Positions 12,179-26,500 of a stretch of 64,000 bases of DNA are shown here, in pieces; positions within the stretch are counted from its first letter, which is position 1, and every line of letters begins with the position of its first letter. The notes under the pieces were generated by a model, which saw only the letters and a program-made list of their open reading frames with translations, had not been told where the DNA came from and ran no database searches. The translations under genes and the position numbers were made by a program. The DNA is from Eledone cirrhosa (Eukaryota), in contig OZ024741.1 of assembly GCA_964016885.1 (NCBI GenBank), forward strand, positions 259,966,001 through 260,030,000, read 5' to 3'.

Positions 12179-13290
12179 TCGTAAGTCGAAACACTCGTAA
12201 GTCAGAACACTCGTAAGTCAGAACACTCGTATCGAAACACGTATGTCAAAACACCCGTAAGTCAAAACACTCGTAAGTCGAAACACTCGTAAGTCGAAAC
12301 ACTCGTAAGCCGAAACAATCGTAAGTCAAAACACTCGTAAGTCGAAACACTCGTAAGCCGAAAATACTCGTAAGTCGGAACACCCGTAAGCCGAAACCCT
12401 CGTAGGTCGGAACACTCGTAAGTCGAAACACTCTTAAGTCGAAACACCCGTAAGTCGAAACACTCGTAAGTCGAAACACCCGTAAGTCGAAACATCCGTA
12501 AGTCAAAACACTCGTATGTCGAAACACTCGTAAGCCGAAACACTCGTAAGTCGGAACACTCGCAAGTCAGAACACTCGTAAGTCAGAACACTCGTAAGTC
12601 GAAACACTCGTAAGTCGAAACACCCGTAAGTCGAAACGCCCGTAAGTCAAAACACTCGTATGTCGAAACACTCGCAAGCCGAAAAACCGTAAGTCAAAAC
12701 ACTCGTAAGTCGAAACACTCGTAAATCGAAACACTCGTAAGCCGAAACACTCGTAAGCGAAAACATTCGTTAGTCGAAACACTCGTAACCCGAAACACTC
12801 GTAAGTCGAAACACTCGAAAGCCGAAACACTCGTAAGTCGAAACACTCATAAGCCGAAACACTCGTAAGTCGGAACACTCGTAAGTCAGAACACCCGTAA
12901 ATCAGAACACTCGTAGTCAGAACACTCGTAAGTCGAAACACTCGTAAGCCGAAACACTCGCAAGTCGAAGCACTCGTAATCCGAAACACTCTTAAGTCGA
13001 AACACTCGTAAGTCGGAACACTCGTAAGTCAGAACACTCGTAAGTCAGAACACTCGTAAGTCGAAACACTCGTAAGCCGAAACATCCGTAAGTCAAAACA
13101 TCCGTAAGTCAAAACATTCGTAAGTCGAAACACCCGTAGTCGAAACACTCGCAAGTCGAAACACTCGTAAGTCGAAACACGCGTAAGTCGAAACACATGT
13201 AAGTCAAAACACTCGTAAGTCAAAACACTCGTAAGCCGAAACACTCGTAAGTCGAAACACTCGTAAGTCGAAACACTCGTAAAGCGAAAC

Positions 13291-13359
13291 GTATCAATAA
13301 AGATTAATGTAATGAATTTGAAAAGCATAGAGATTTGAAACCGCGTCTATTTGTTATTT
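13291..13359. other. AT-rich island, allele B, sub-variant B2 (copy 5)
   Basis: Carries gaatttg and agagatt (B) plus gtatcaataa (A>C). Confidence 0.95.
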
Positions 13360-14119
13360 TCGTAAGTCGAAACACTCGTAAGCCGAAACACTCGTGAGCC
13401 GAAACACTCGTAAGTCGGAACACTCGTAAGTCAGAACACTCGTAAGTCAGAACACTCGTAAGTTAGAACACTCGTAAGTCAGAACACTCGTAAGTCAGAA
13501 CACTCGTAAGTCAAAACACTCGTATCGAAACACTCGTATGTCAAAACACCCGTAAGTCAAAACACTCGTAAGTCGAAACACTCGTAAGTCGAAACACTCG
13601 TAAGCCGAAACACTCGAAAGCCGAAACACTCGTAAGTCGGAACACTCGTAAGTCGGAACACTCGTAAGTCAGAACACTCGTAAGTCAGAACACTCGTAAG
13701 TCAGAACACTCGTAAGTCAGAACACTCGTAAGTCGAAACACTCGTATCGAAACACTCGTATGTCAAAACACCCGTAAGTCAAAACACTCGTAAGTCGAAA
13801 CACTCGTAAGTCGAAACACTCGTAAGCCGAAACACTCGTAAGTCGAAGCACTCGTATCGAAACACTCGTAAGTCGAAACACCCTTAAGTCAAAACACTCG
13901 TAAGCCAAAACACTCGTAAGTCGAAACACTCGTAAGTCGGAACACTCGTAAGTCAGAACACTCGTAAGTCAGAACACTCGTAAGTGGAAACACGCGTAAG
14001 TCGAAAGACCTGTAAGTCAAAAATCTCGTAAATCAAAACACTCGTAAGCCGAAACACTCGTAAGTCGAAACACTCGTAAGTCGAAACACTCGTAAGTCGA
14101 AACATTCGTAAAGCGAAAC

Positions 14120-14188
14120 GTATAAATAAAGATTAATGTAATGAACTTGAAAAGCATAGATATTTGAAACCGCGTCTATTTGTTATTT
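14120..14188. other. AT-rich island, allele A (copy 6)
   Basis: Carries gaacttg and agatatt. It is followed by the gaaaactctt marker, as are copies 1 and 14. Confidence 0.95.
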
Positions 14189-14574
14189 TCGTAAGTCGAA
14201 ACACTCGTAAGTCAGAACACTCGTAAGTCAGAAAACTCTTAAGTCAGAACACTCGTATCGAAACACGTATGTCAAAACACCCGTAAGTCAAAACACTCGT
14301 AAGTCGAAACACTCGTAAGTCGAAACACTCGTAAGCCGAAACAATCGTAAGTCAAAACACTCGTAAGTCGAAACACTCGTAAGCCGAAAATACTCGTAAG
14401 TCGGAACACCCGTAAGCCGAAACCCTCGTAGGTCGGAACACTCGTAAGTCAAAACACTCGTAAGTCGAAACACCCGTAAGTCGAAACACTCGTAAGTCGA
14501 AACACCCGTAAGTCGAAACATCCGTAAGTCAAAACACTCGTATGTCGAAACACTCGTAAGCCGAAACACTCGTA

Positions 14575-17500
14575 AGTCAGAACACTCGTAAGTCAGAACA
14601 CTCGTAAGTCGAAACACTCATAAGTCGAAACACTCGTAAGTCGAAACACCCGTAAGTCGAAACACCCGTAAGTCGAAACACTCGTATGTCGAATAACTCG
14701 TAAGCCGAAACACCGTAAGTCAAAACACTCGTAAGTCGAAACACTCGTAAGTCGAAACACCCATAAGCCGAAACATTCGTAAGCCAAAACATTCGTAAGT
14801 CGAAACACTCGTAAACCGAAACACTCGTAAGCCAAAACATTCGTAAGTCGAAACACTCGTAAGTCGAAACACCCATAGCCGAAACACTTGTAAGTCTGAA
14901 CACACGTAAGTCAGAACACCCGTAAGTCAGAACACTCGTAAGTCAGAACACTCGTAAGTCAGAACACTCGTAAGTCAGAGCACTCGTATCGAAACACTCG
15001 TATGTCAAAACACCCGTAAGTCAAAACACTCGTAAGTCGAAACACTCGTAAGCCGAAACACCGTAAGCCATAACACTCGTAAGTCGAAACACCCGTAAGT
15101 CGGAACACTCGTAAGTCGAAACACTCGTAAGTCGAAACACTCGTAAGCCGAAACACTCGTAAGCCGAAACACTCGTAAGTCGGAACACTCGTAAGTCGGA
15201 ACACTCGTAAGTCAGAACACTCGTAAGTCAGAACACTCGTAAGTCAGAACACTCGTAAGTCAGAACACTCGTAAGTCGAAACACTCGTATCGAAACACTC
15301 GTATGTCAAAACACCCGTAAGTCAAAACACTCGTAAGTCGAAACACTCGTAAGTCGAAACATTCGTAAGTCGAAACATCCGTAAATCAGAACACTCGTAA
15401 GTCGAAACACTCGTAAGTCGAAACACTCGTAAGCCGAAACACTCGTAAGTCGAAGCACTCGTATCGAAACACTCGTAAGTCGAAACACCCTTAAGTCAAA
15501 ACACTCGTAAGCCAAAACTCTCGTAAGTCGAAACACTCGTAAGTCGGAACACTCGTAAGTCAGAACACTCGTAAGTCAGAACACTCGTAAGTGGAAACAC
15601 GCGTAAGTCGAAACACTCATAAGTCGAAACACTCGTAAGTCGAAACACCCGTAAGTCGAAACACCCGTAAGTCGAAACACTCGTATGTCGAATAACTCGT
15701 AAGCCGAAACACCGTAAGTCAAAACACTCGTAAGTCGAAACACTCGTAAGTCGAAACACCCATAAGCCGAAACACTCGTAAGCCAAAACATTCGTAAGTC
15801 GAAACACTCGTAAACCGAAACACTCGTAAGCCAAAACATTCGTAAGTCGAAACACTCGTAAGTCGAAACACCCATAGCCGAAACACTCGTAAGTCTGAAC
15901 ACACGTAAGTCAGAACAGCCGTAAGTCAGAACACTCGTAAGTCAGAACACTCGTAAGTCAGAACACTCGTAAGTCAGAGCACTCGTATCGAAACACTCGT
16001 ATGTCAAAACACCCGTAAGTCAAAACACTCGTAAGTCGAAACACTCGTAAGTCGAAACACTCGTATGTCGAAACATCCGTAAATCAGAACACTCGTAAGT
16101 CGAAACACTCGTAAGTCGAAACACTCGTAAGCCGAAACACTCGTAAGTCGAAGCACTCGTATCGAAACACTCGTAAGTCGAAACACCCTTAAGTCAAAAC
16201 ACTCGTAAGCCAAAACACTCGTAAGTCGAAACACTCGTAAGTCGGAACACTCGTAAGTCAGAACACTCGTAAGTCAGAACACTCGTAAGTGGAAACACGC
16301 GTAAGTCGAAAGACCCGTAAGTCAAAAATCTCGTAAGTCAAAACACTCGTAAGCCGAAACACTCGTAAGTCGAAACACTCGTAAGTCGAAACACCCGTAA
16401 GTCGGAACACTCGTAAGTCAGAATACTCGTAAGTCAAAACACTCGTAAACCGGAACACCCGTAAGGCAAAACATTCGCATGTCAAAACACTCGTAAGTCG
16501 AAACACTCGTAAGCCGAAACACTCGTAAGTCGAAACACTCGTAAGTCGAAACACTCGTAAGTCGAAACACTCGTAAGTCAGTGCACCCGTAAGTCAGAAC
16601 ACTCGTAGTCAGAATACTCGTAAGTCGAAACACTCGTATGTCGAAACACCCGTAAGTCGAAACATCCGTAAGTCAAAACACTCGTATGTCGAAACACTCG
16701 TAAGCCGAAACACTCATAAGTCGAAACACTCGTAAGCCGAAACACCCGTAAGTCAAAACATTCGTAAGTCAAAACACTCGTAAGTCGAAACACCCGTAAG
16801 TCAAAACACTCGTATGTCGAAACACTCGTAAGCCGAAACAACGTAAGTAAAAACACTCGTAAGTCGAAACACCCATAAGTCGAAACACTCGTAAGCCGAA
16901 ACACTCGTAAGTCGAAACACTCATAAGCCGAAACACTCGTAAGTCGGAACACTCGTAAATCAGAACACCCGCAAGTCAGAACACTCGTAAATCAGAACAC
17001 TCTTAAGTCGAAACTCACGTACGCTGAAACACTCGTAAGTCGAAACACTCGTAAGTCGAAACATCCTTAAGTCGAAACACTCGTACACCGAAACACTCGT
17101 AAGTATAAACATTAGTAAGTCGAAACACTCGTAAGCCGAAACACTCGTAAGTCGAAACACCCGTAAATCGAAACACCCGTAAGTCAAAACACTCGTATGT
17201 CGAAACACTCGTAAACCGAAACACTCGTAAGTCGGAACACTCGTAAGTCAGAACACTCGTAAGTCAGAACACTCGTAAGTCGAAACACTCATAAGTCGAA
17301 ACACTCGTAAGTCGAAACACCCGTAAGTCGAAACCCCCGTAAGTCGAAACACTCGTATGTCGAATAACTCGTAAGCTGAAACACCGTAAGTCAAAACACT
17401 CGTAAGTCAAAACACTCGTAAGTCGAAACACCCATAAGCCGAAACACTCGTAAGCCAAAACATTCGTAAGTCGAAACACTCGTAAACCGAAACACTCGTA

Positions 17501-20500
17501 AGCCAAAACATTCGTAAGTCGAAACACTCGTAAGTCGAAACACCCATAGCCGAAACACTCGTAAGTCGGAACACACGTAAGTCAGAACACCCGTAAGTCA
17601 GAACACTCGTAAGTCAGAACACTCGTAAGTCAGAGCACTCGTATCGAAACACTCGTATGTCAAAACACCCGTAAGTCAAAACACTCGTAAGTCGAAACAC
17701 TCGTAAGCCGAAACACCGTAAGCCAAAACACTCGTAAGTCGAAACACCCGTAAGTCGGAACACTCGTAAGTCGAAACACTCGTAAGTCGAAACACTCGTA
17801 AGCCGAAACACTCGTAAGCCGAAACACTCGTAAGTCGGAACACTCGTAAGTCGGAACACTCGTAAGTCAGAACACTCGTAAGTCAGAACACTCGTAAGTC
17901 AGAACACTCGTAAGTCAGAATACTCGTAAGTCGAAACACCCGTAAGTCGAAACACCCGTAAGTCGAAACACTCGTATGTCGAATAACTCGTAAGCCGAAA
18001 CACCGTAAGTCAAAACACTCGTAAGTCGAAACACTCGTAAGTCGAAACACCCATAAGCCGAAACACTCGTAAGCCAAAACATTCGTAAGTCGAAACACTC
18101 GTAAACCGAAACACTCGTAAGCCAAAACATTCGTAAGTCGAAACACTCGTAAGTCGAAACACCCATAGCCGAAACACTTGTAAGTCTGAACACACGTAAG
18201 TCAGAACACCCGTAAGTCAGAACACTCGTAAGTCAGAACACTCGTAAGTCAGAACACTCGTAAGTCAGAGCACTCGTATCGAAACACTCGTATGTCAAAA
18301 CACCCGTAAGTCAAAACACTCGTAAGTCGAAACACTCGTAAGCCGAAACACCGTAAGCCAAAACACTCGTAAGTCGAAACACCCGTAAGTCGGAACACTC
18401 GTAAGTCGAAACACTCGTAAGTCGAAACACTCGTAAGCCGAAACACTCGTAAGCCGAAACACTCGTAAGTCGGAACACTCGTAAGTCGGAACACTCGTAA
18501 GTCAGAACACTCGTAAGTCAGAACACTCGTAAGTCAGAACACTCGTAAGTCAGAACACTCGTAAGTCGAAACACTCGTATCGAAACACTCGTATGTCAAA
18601 ACACCAGTAAGTCGAAACACTCGTATCGAAACACTCGTATGTCAAAACACCAGTAAGTCAAAACACTCGTAAGTCGAAACACTCGTAAGCCGAAACACCG
18701 TAAGTCGAAACACCCGTATGTCGAAACACTCGTAAGCCGAAACACTCGTAAGTCGAAACACTCGTAGTCGAAACACTCGTAAGTCGAAACACCCGTAAGT
18801 CGAAACACTCGTAAGTCGAAACACTCGTAAGCCGAAACACTCGTAAGTCGAAACACTCATAAGCCGAAACACTCGTAAGTCGAAACACTCGTAAGTCAGA
18901 ACACTCGTAGTCAGAACACTCGTAAGTCAAACCACTCGTAAGCCGAAACACTCGTAAGTCGAAACACTCGTAAGTCGAAACACTCGTAAGTCGAAAAACT
19001 CGTAAGCCGGAACACTCGTAAGTCAGAACACTCGTAAGTCAGAACACTCGTAAGTCGAAACACTCGTAAGCCGAAACACCCGTAAGTCGAAACATTCGTA
19101 AGTCGAAACACCCGTAAGTCGAAACACTCGTAAGTCGAAACACTCGTAAGTCGAAACACCGTAAGTCAAAACACTCGTATGTCGAAACATCCGTAAATCA
19201 GAACACTCCTAAGTCAAAACACTCGTAAGTCGAAACACTCGTAAGTCAAAAATACTCGTAAGTCGAAACACCCTTAAGTAAAAACACTCGTAAGTCGAAA
19301 CACTCGTAAGCCGAAACACCCGTCAGTTAAAACACCCGTAAGTCGAAACACTCGTAAGTCAAAACTCTCGTACGCCGAAACACTCGTAAGTAAAAACATT
19401 AGTAAGTCGAAACACTCGTAAGCCGAAACACTCATAAGTCGAAACACTCGTAAGCCGAAACACCCGTAAGTCAAAACATTCGTAAGTCAAAGCACTCGTA
19501 AGTCGAAACACCCGTAAGTCGAAACACTCGTATGTCGAAACACTCGTAAGCCGAAACACCGTAAGTAAAAACACTCGTAAGTCGAAACACCCACAAGTCG
19601 AAACACTCGTAAGCCGAAACACTCGTAAGTCGAAACACTCATAAGCCGAAACACTCGTAAGTCGGAACACTCGTAAATCAGAACACCCGCAAGTCAGAAC
19701 ACTCGTATCGAAACACTCGTATGTCAAAACACCCGTAAGTCAAAACACTCGTAAGTCGAAACACTCGTAAGCCGAAACACCGTAAGTAAAAAAACTCGTA
19801 AGTCGAAATACTCGTAAGTCGAAACACTCGTAAGCCGAAACAATCGTAATTCAAAACACTCGTAAGTCGAAACACTCGTAAGCCGAAACAATCGTAAGTC
19901 GAAACACTCGTAAGCCGAAAATACTCGTAAGTCGGAACACCCGTAAGCCGAAACACTCGTATGTCGAAACACTCGTAAGCCGAAACAACATAAGTAAAAA
20001 CACTCGTAAGTCGAAACACCCATAAGTCGAAACACTCGTAAGCCGAAACACTCGTAAGTCGAAACACTCATAAGCCGAAACACTCGTAAGTCGGAACACT
20101 CGTAAATCAGAACACCCGCAAGTCAGAACACTCGTAAATCAGAACACTCTTAAGTTGAAACTCACGTACGCCGAAACACTCGTAAGTCGAAACACTCGTA
20201 AGTCGAAACATCCTTAAGTCGAAACACTCGTACACCGAAACACTCGTAAGTATAAACATTAGTAAGTCGAAACACTCGTATGTCGAAACACTCGTAAACC
20301 GAAACACTCGTAAGTCGGAACACTCGTAAGTCAGAACACTCGTAAGTCAGAACACTCGTAATTCGAAACACTCATAAGTCGAAACACTCGTAAGTCGAAA
20401 CACCCGTAAGTCGAAACACCCGTAAGTCGAAACACTCGTATGTCGAATAACTCGTAAGCCGAAACACTGTAAGTCAAAACACTCGTAAGTCGAAACACTC

Positions 20501-23500
20501 GTAAGTCGAAACACCCATAAGCCGAAACATTCGTAAGCCAAAACATTCGTAAGTCGAAACACTCGTAAACCGAAACACTCGTAAGCCAAAACATTCGTAA
20601 GTCGAAACACTCGTAAGTCGAAACACCCATAGCCGAAACACTTGTAAGTCTGAACACACGTAAGTCAGAACACCCGTAAGTCAGAACACTCGTAAGTCAG
20701 AACACTCGTAAGTCAGAACACTCGTAAGTCAGAGCACTCGTATCGAAACACTCGTATGTCAAAACACCCGTAAGTCAAAACACTCGTAAGTCGAAACACT
20801 CGTAAGCCGAAACACCGTAAGCCAAAACACTCGTAAGTCGGAACACTCGTAAGTCGAAACACTCGTAAGTCGAAACACTCGTAAGCCGAAACACTCGTAA
20901 GCCGAAACACTCGTAAGTCGGAACACTCGTAAGTCGGAACACTCGTAAGTCAGAACACTCGTAAGTCAGAACACTCGTAAGTCAGAACACTCGTAAGTCA
21001 GAACACTCGTAAGTCGAAACACTCGTATCGAAACACTCGTATGTCAAAACACCCGTAAGTCAAAACACTCGTAAGTCGAAACACTCGTAAGTCGAAACAT
21101 TCGTATGTCGAAACATCCGTAAATCAGAACACTCGTAAGTCGAAACACTCGTAAGTCGAAACACTCATAAGCCGAAACACTCGTAAGTCGAAGCACTCGT
21201 ATCGAAACACTCGTAAGTCGAAACACCCTTAAGTCAAAACACTCGTAAGCCAAAACACTCGTAAGTCGAAACACTCGTAAGTCGGAACACTCGTAAGTCA
21301 GAACACTCGTAAGTCAGAACACTCGTAAGTGGAAACACGCGTAAGTCGAAACACTCATAAGTCGAAACACTCGTAAGTCGAAACACCCGTAAGTCGAAAC
21401 ACCCGTAAGTCGAAACACTCGTATGTCGAATAACTCGTAAGCCGAAACACCGTAAGTCAAAACACTCGTAAGTCGAAACACTCGTAAGTCGAAACACCCA
21501 TAAGCCGAAACACTCGTAAGCCAAAACATTCGTAAGTCGAAACACTCGTAAACCGAAACACTCGTAAGCCAAAACATTCGTAAGTCGAAACACTCGTAAG
21601 TCGAAACACCCATAGCCGAAACACTCGTAAGTCTGAACACACGTAAGTCAGAACAGCCGTAAGTCAGAACACTCGTAAGTCAGAACACTCTTAAGTCAGA
21701 ACACTCGTAAGTCAGAGCACTCGTATCGAAACACTCGTATGTCAAAACACCCGTAAGTCAAAACACTCGTAAGTCGAAACACTCGTAAGTCGAAACACTC
21801 GTATGTCGAAACATCCGTAAATCAGAACACTCGTAAGTCGAAACACTCGTAAGTCGAAACACTCGTAAGCCGAAACACTCGTAAGTCGAAGCACTCGTAT
21901 CGAAACACTCGTAAGTCGAAACACCCTTAAGTCAAAACACTCGTAAGCCAAAACACTCGTAAGTCGAAACACTCGTAAGTCGGAACACTCGTAAGTCAGA
22001 ACACTCGTAAGTCAGAACACTCGTAAGTGGAAACACGCGTAAGTCGAAAGACCCGTAAGTCAAAAATCTCGTAAGTCAAAACACTCGTAAGCCGAAACAC
22101 TCGTAAGTCGAAACACTCGTAAGTCGAAACACCCGTAAGTCGGAACACTCGTAAGTCAGAATACTCGTAAGTCAAAACACTCGTAAACCGGAACACCCGT
22201 AAGGCAAAACATTCGCATGTCAAAACACTCGTAAGTCGAAACACTCGTAAGCCGAAACACTCGTAAGTCGAAACACTCGTAAGTCGAAACACTCGTAAGT
22301 CGAAACACTCGTAAGTCAGTGCACCCGTAAGTCAGAACACTCGTAGTCAGAATACTCGTAAGTCGAAACACTCGTATGTCGAAACACCCGTAAGTCGAAA
22401 CATCCGTAAGTCAAAACACTCGTATGTCGAAACACTCGTAAGCCGAAACACTCATAAGTCGAAACACTCGTAAGCCGAAACACCCGTAAGTCAAAACATT
22501 CGTAAGTCAAAACACTCGTAAGTCGAAACACCCGTAAGTCAAAACACTCGTATGTCGAAACACTCGTAAGCCGAAACAACGTAAGTAAAAACACTCGTAA
22601 GTCGAAACACCCATAAGTCGAAACACTCGTAAGCCGAAACACTCGTAAGTCGAAACACTCATAAGCCGAAACACTCGTAAGTCGGAACACTCGTAAATCA
22701 GAACACCCGCAAGTCAGAACACTCGTAAATCAGAACACTCTTAAGTCGAAACTCACGTACGCTGAAACACTCGTAAGTCGAAACACTCGTAAGTCGAAAC
22801 ATCCTTAAGTCGAAACACTCGTACACCGAAACACTCGTAAGTATAAACATTAGTAAGTCGAAACACTCGTAAGCCGAAACACTCGTAAGTCGAAACACTC
22901 GTAAGTCGAAACACCCATAGCCGAAACACTCGTAAGTCGGAACACACGTAAGTCAGAACACCCGTAAGTCAGAACACTCGTAAGTCAGAACACTCGTAAG
23001 TCAGAGCACTCGTATCGAAACACTCGTATGTCAAAACACCCGTAAGTCAAAACACTCGTAAGTCGAAACACTCGTAAGCCGAAACACCGTAAGCCAAAAC
23101 ACTCGTAAGTCGAAACACCCGTAAGTCGGAACACTCGTAAGTCGAAACACTCGTAAGTCGAAACACTCGTAAGCCGAAACACTCGTAAGCCGAAACACTC
23201 GTAAGTCGGAACACTCGTAAGTCGGAACACTCGTAAGTCAGAACACTCGTAAGTCAGAACACTCGTAAGTCAGAACACTCGTAAGTCAGAATACTCGTAA
23301 GTCGAAACACCCGTAAGTCGAAACACCCGTAAGTCGAAACACTCGTATGTCGAATAACTCGTAAGCCGAAACACCGTAAGTCAAAACACTCGTAAGTCGA
23401 AACACTCGTAAGTCGAAACACCCATAAGCCGAAACACTCGTAAGCCAAAACATTCGTAAGTCGAAACACTCGTAAACCGAAACACTCGTAAGCCAAAACA

Positions 23501-26500
23501 TTCGTAAGTCGAAACACTCGTAAGTCGAAACACCCATAGCCGAAACACTTGTAAGTCTGAACACACGTAAGTCAGAACACCCGTAAGTCAGAACACTCGT
23601 AAGTCAGAACACTCGTAAGTCAGAACACTCGTAAGTCAGAGCACTCGTATCGAAACACTCGTATGTCAAAACACCCGTAAGTCAAAACACTCGTAAGTCG
23701 AAACACTCGTAAGCCGAAACACCGTAAGCCAAAACACTCGTAAGTCGAAACACCCGTAAGTCGGAACACTCGTAAGTCGAAACACTCGTAAGTCGAAACA
23801 CTCGTAAGCCGAAACACTCGTAAGCCGAAACACTCGTAAGTCGGAACACTCGTAAGTCGGAACACTCGTAAGTCAGAACACTCGTAAGTCAGAACACTCG
23901 TAAGTCAGAACACTCGTAAGTCAGAACACTCGTAAGTCGAAACACTCGTATCGAAACACTCGTATGTCAAAACACCAGTAAGTCGAAACACTCGTATCGA
24001 AACACTCGTATGTCAAAACACCAGTAAGTCAAAACACTCGTAAGTCGAAACACTCGTAAGCCGAAACACCGTAAGTCGAAACACCCGTATGTCGAAACAC
24101 TCGTAAGCCGAAACACTCGTAAGTCGAAACACTCGTAGTCGAAACACTCGTAAGTCGAAACACCCGTAAGTCGAAACACTCGTAAGTCGAAACACTCGTA
24201 AGCCGAAACACTCGTAAGTCGAAACACTCATAAGCCGAAACACTCGTAAGTCGAAACACTCGTAAGTCAGAACACTCGTAGTCAGAACACTCGTAAGTCA
24301 AACCACTCGTAAGCCGAAACACTCGTAAGTCGAAACACTCGTAAGTCGAAACACTCGTAAGTCGAAAAACTCGTAAGCCGGAACACTCGTAAGTCAGAAC
24401 ACTCGTAAGTCAGAACACTCGTAAGTCGAAACACTCGTAAGCCGAAACACCCGTAAGTCGAAACATTCGTAAGTCGAAACACCCGTAAGTCGAAACACTC
24501 GTAAGTCGAAACACTCGTAAGTCGAAACACCGTAAGTCAAAACGCTCGTATGTCGAAACATCCGTAAATCAGAACACTCCTAAGTCAAAACACTCGTAAG
24601 TCGAAACACTCGTAAGTCAAAAATACTCGTAAGTCGAAACACCCTTAAGTAAAAACACTCGTAAGTCGAAACACTCGTAAGCCGAAACACCCGTCAGTTA
24701 AAACACCCGTAAGTCGAAACACTCGTAAGTCAAAACTCTCGTACGCCGAAACACTCGTAAGTAAAAACATTAGTAAGTCGAAACACTCGTAAGCCGAAAC
24801 ACTCATAAGTCGAAACACTCGTAAGCCGAAACACCCGTAAGTCAAAACATTCGTAAGTCAAAACACTCGTAAGTCGAAACACCCGTAAGTCGAAACACTC
24901 GTATGTCGAAACACTCGTAAGCCGAAACACCGTAAGTAAAAACACTCGTAAGTCGAAACACCCACAAGTCGAAACACTCGTAAGCCGAAACACTCGTAAG
25001 TCGAAACACTCATAAGCCGAAACACTCGTAAGTCGGAACACTCGTAAATCAGAACACCCGCAAGTCAGAACATTCGTATCGAAACACTCGTATGTCAAAA
25101 CACCCGTAAGTCAAAACACTCGTAAGTCGAAACACTCGTAAGCCGAAACACCGTAAGTAAAAAAACTCGTAAGTCGAAATACTCGTAAGTCGAAACACTC
25201 GTAAGCCGAAACAATCGTAATTCAAAACACTCGTAAGTCGAAACACTCGTAAGCCGAAACAATCGTAAGTCGAAACACTCGTAAGCCGAAAATACTCGTA
25301 AGTCGGAACACCCGTAAGCCGAAACACTCGTATGTCGAAACACTCGTAAGCCGAAACAACATAAGTAAAAACACTCGTAAGTCGAAACACCCATAAGTCG
25401 AAACACTCGTAAGCCGAAACACTCGTAAGTCGAAACACTCATAAGCCGAAACACTCGTAAGTCGGAACACTCGTAAATCAGAACACCCGCAAGTCAGAAC
25501 ACTCGTAAATCAGAACACTCTTAAGTCGAAACTCACGTACGCCGAAACACTCGTAAGTCGAAACACTCGTAAGTCGAAACATCCTTAAGTCGAAACACTC
25601 GTACACCGAAACACTCGTAAGTATAAACATTAGTAAGTCGAAACACTCGTATGTCGAAACACTCGTAAACCGAAACACTCGTAAGTCGGAACACTCGTAA
25701 GTCAGAACACTCGTAAGTCAGAACACTCGTAATTCGAAACACTCATAAGTCGAAACACTCGTAAGTCGAAACACCCGTAAGTCGAAACACCCGTAAGTCG
25801 AAACACTCGTATGTCGAATAACTCGTAAGCCGAAACTCTGTAAGTCAAAACACTCGTAAGTCGAAACACTCGTAAGTCGAAACACCCATAAGCCGAAACA
25901 TTCGTAAGCCAAAACATTCGTAAGTCGAAACACTCGTAAACCGAAACACTCGTAAGCCAAAACATTCGTAAGTCGAAACACTCGTAAGTCGAAACACCCA
26001 TAGCCGAAACACTTGTAAGTCTGAACACACGTAAGTCAGAACACCCGTAAGTCAGAACACTCGTAAGTCAGAACACTCGTAAGTCAGAGCACTCGTATCG
26101 AAACACTCGTATGTCAAAACACCCGTAAGTCAAAACACTCGTAAGTCGAAACACTCGTAAGCCGAAACACCGTAAGCCAAAACACTCGTAAGTCGAAACA
26201 TCCGTAAGTCGGAACACTCGTAAGTCGAAACACTCGTAAGTCGAAACACTCGTAAGCCGAAACACTCGTAAGCCGAAACACTCGTAAGTCGGAACACTCG
26301 TAAGTCGGAACACTCGTAAGTCAGAACACTCGTAAGTCAGAACACTCGTAAGTCAGAACACTCGTAAGTCAGAACACTCGTAAGTCGAAACACTCGTATC
26401 GAAACACTCGTATGTCAAAACACCCGTAAGTCAAAACACTCGTAAGTCGAAACACTCGTAAGTCGAAACATTCGTATGTCGAAACATCCGTAAATCAGAA

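Larger units (their letters stand above)
9290..14575 (+). repeat. Domain of ~2.06-kb higher-order repeat carrying AT-rich islands (A-B-A-B-A)
   Basis: Islands start at 10036, 11233, 12110, 13291 and 14120. Matching ORF-track peptides recur at +2074 or +2058 (9885/11959, 10509/12567, 10971/13029). Boundaries are approximate. Confidence 0.88.
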
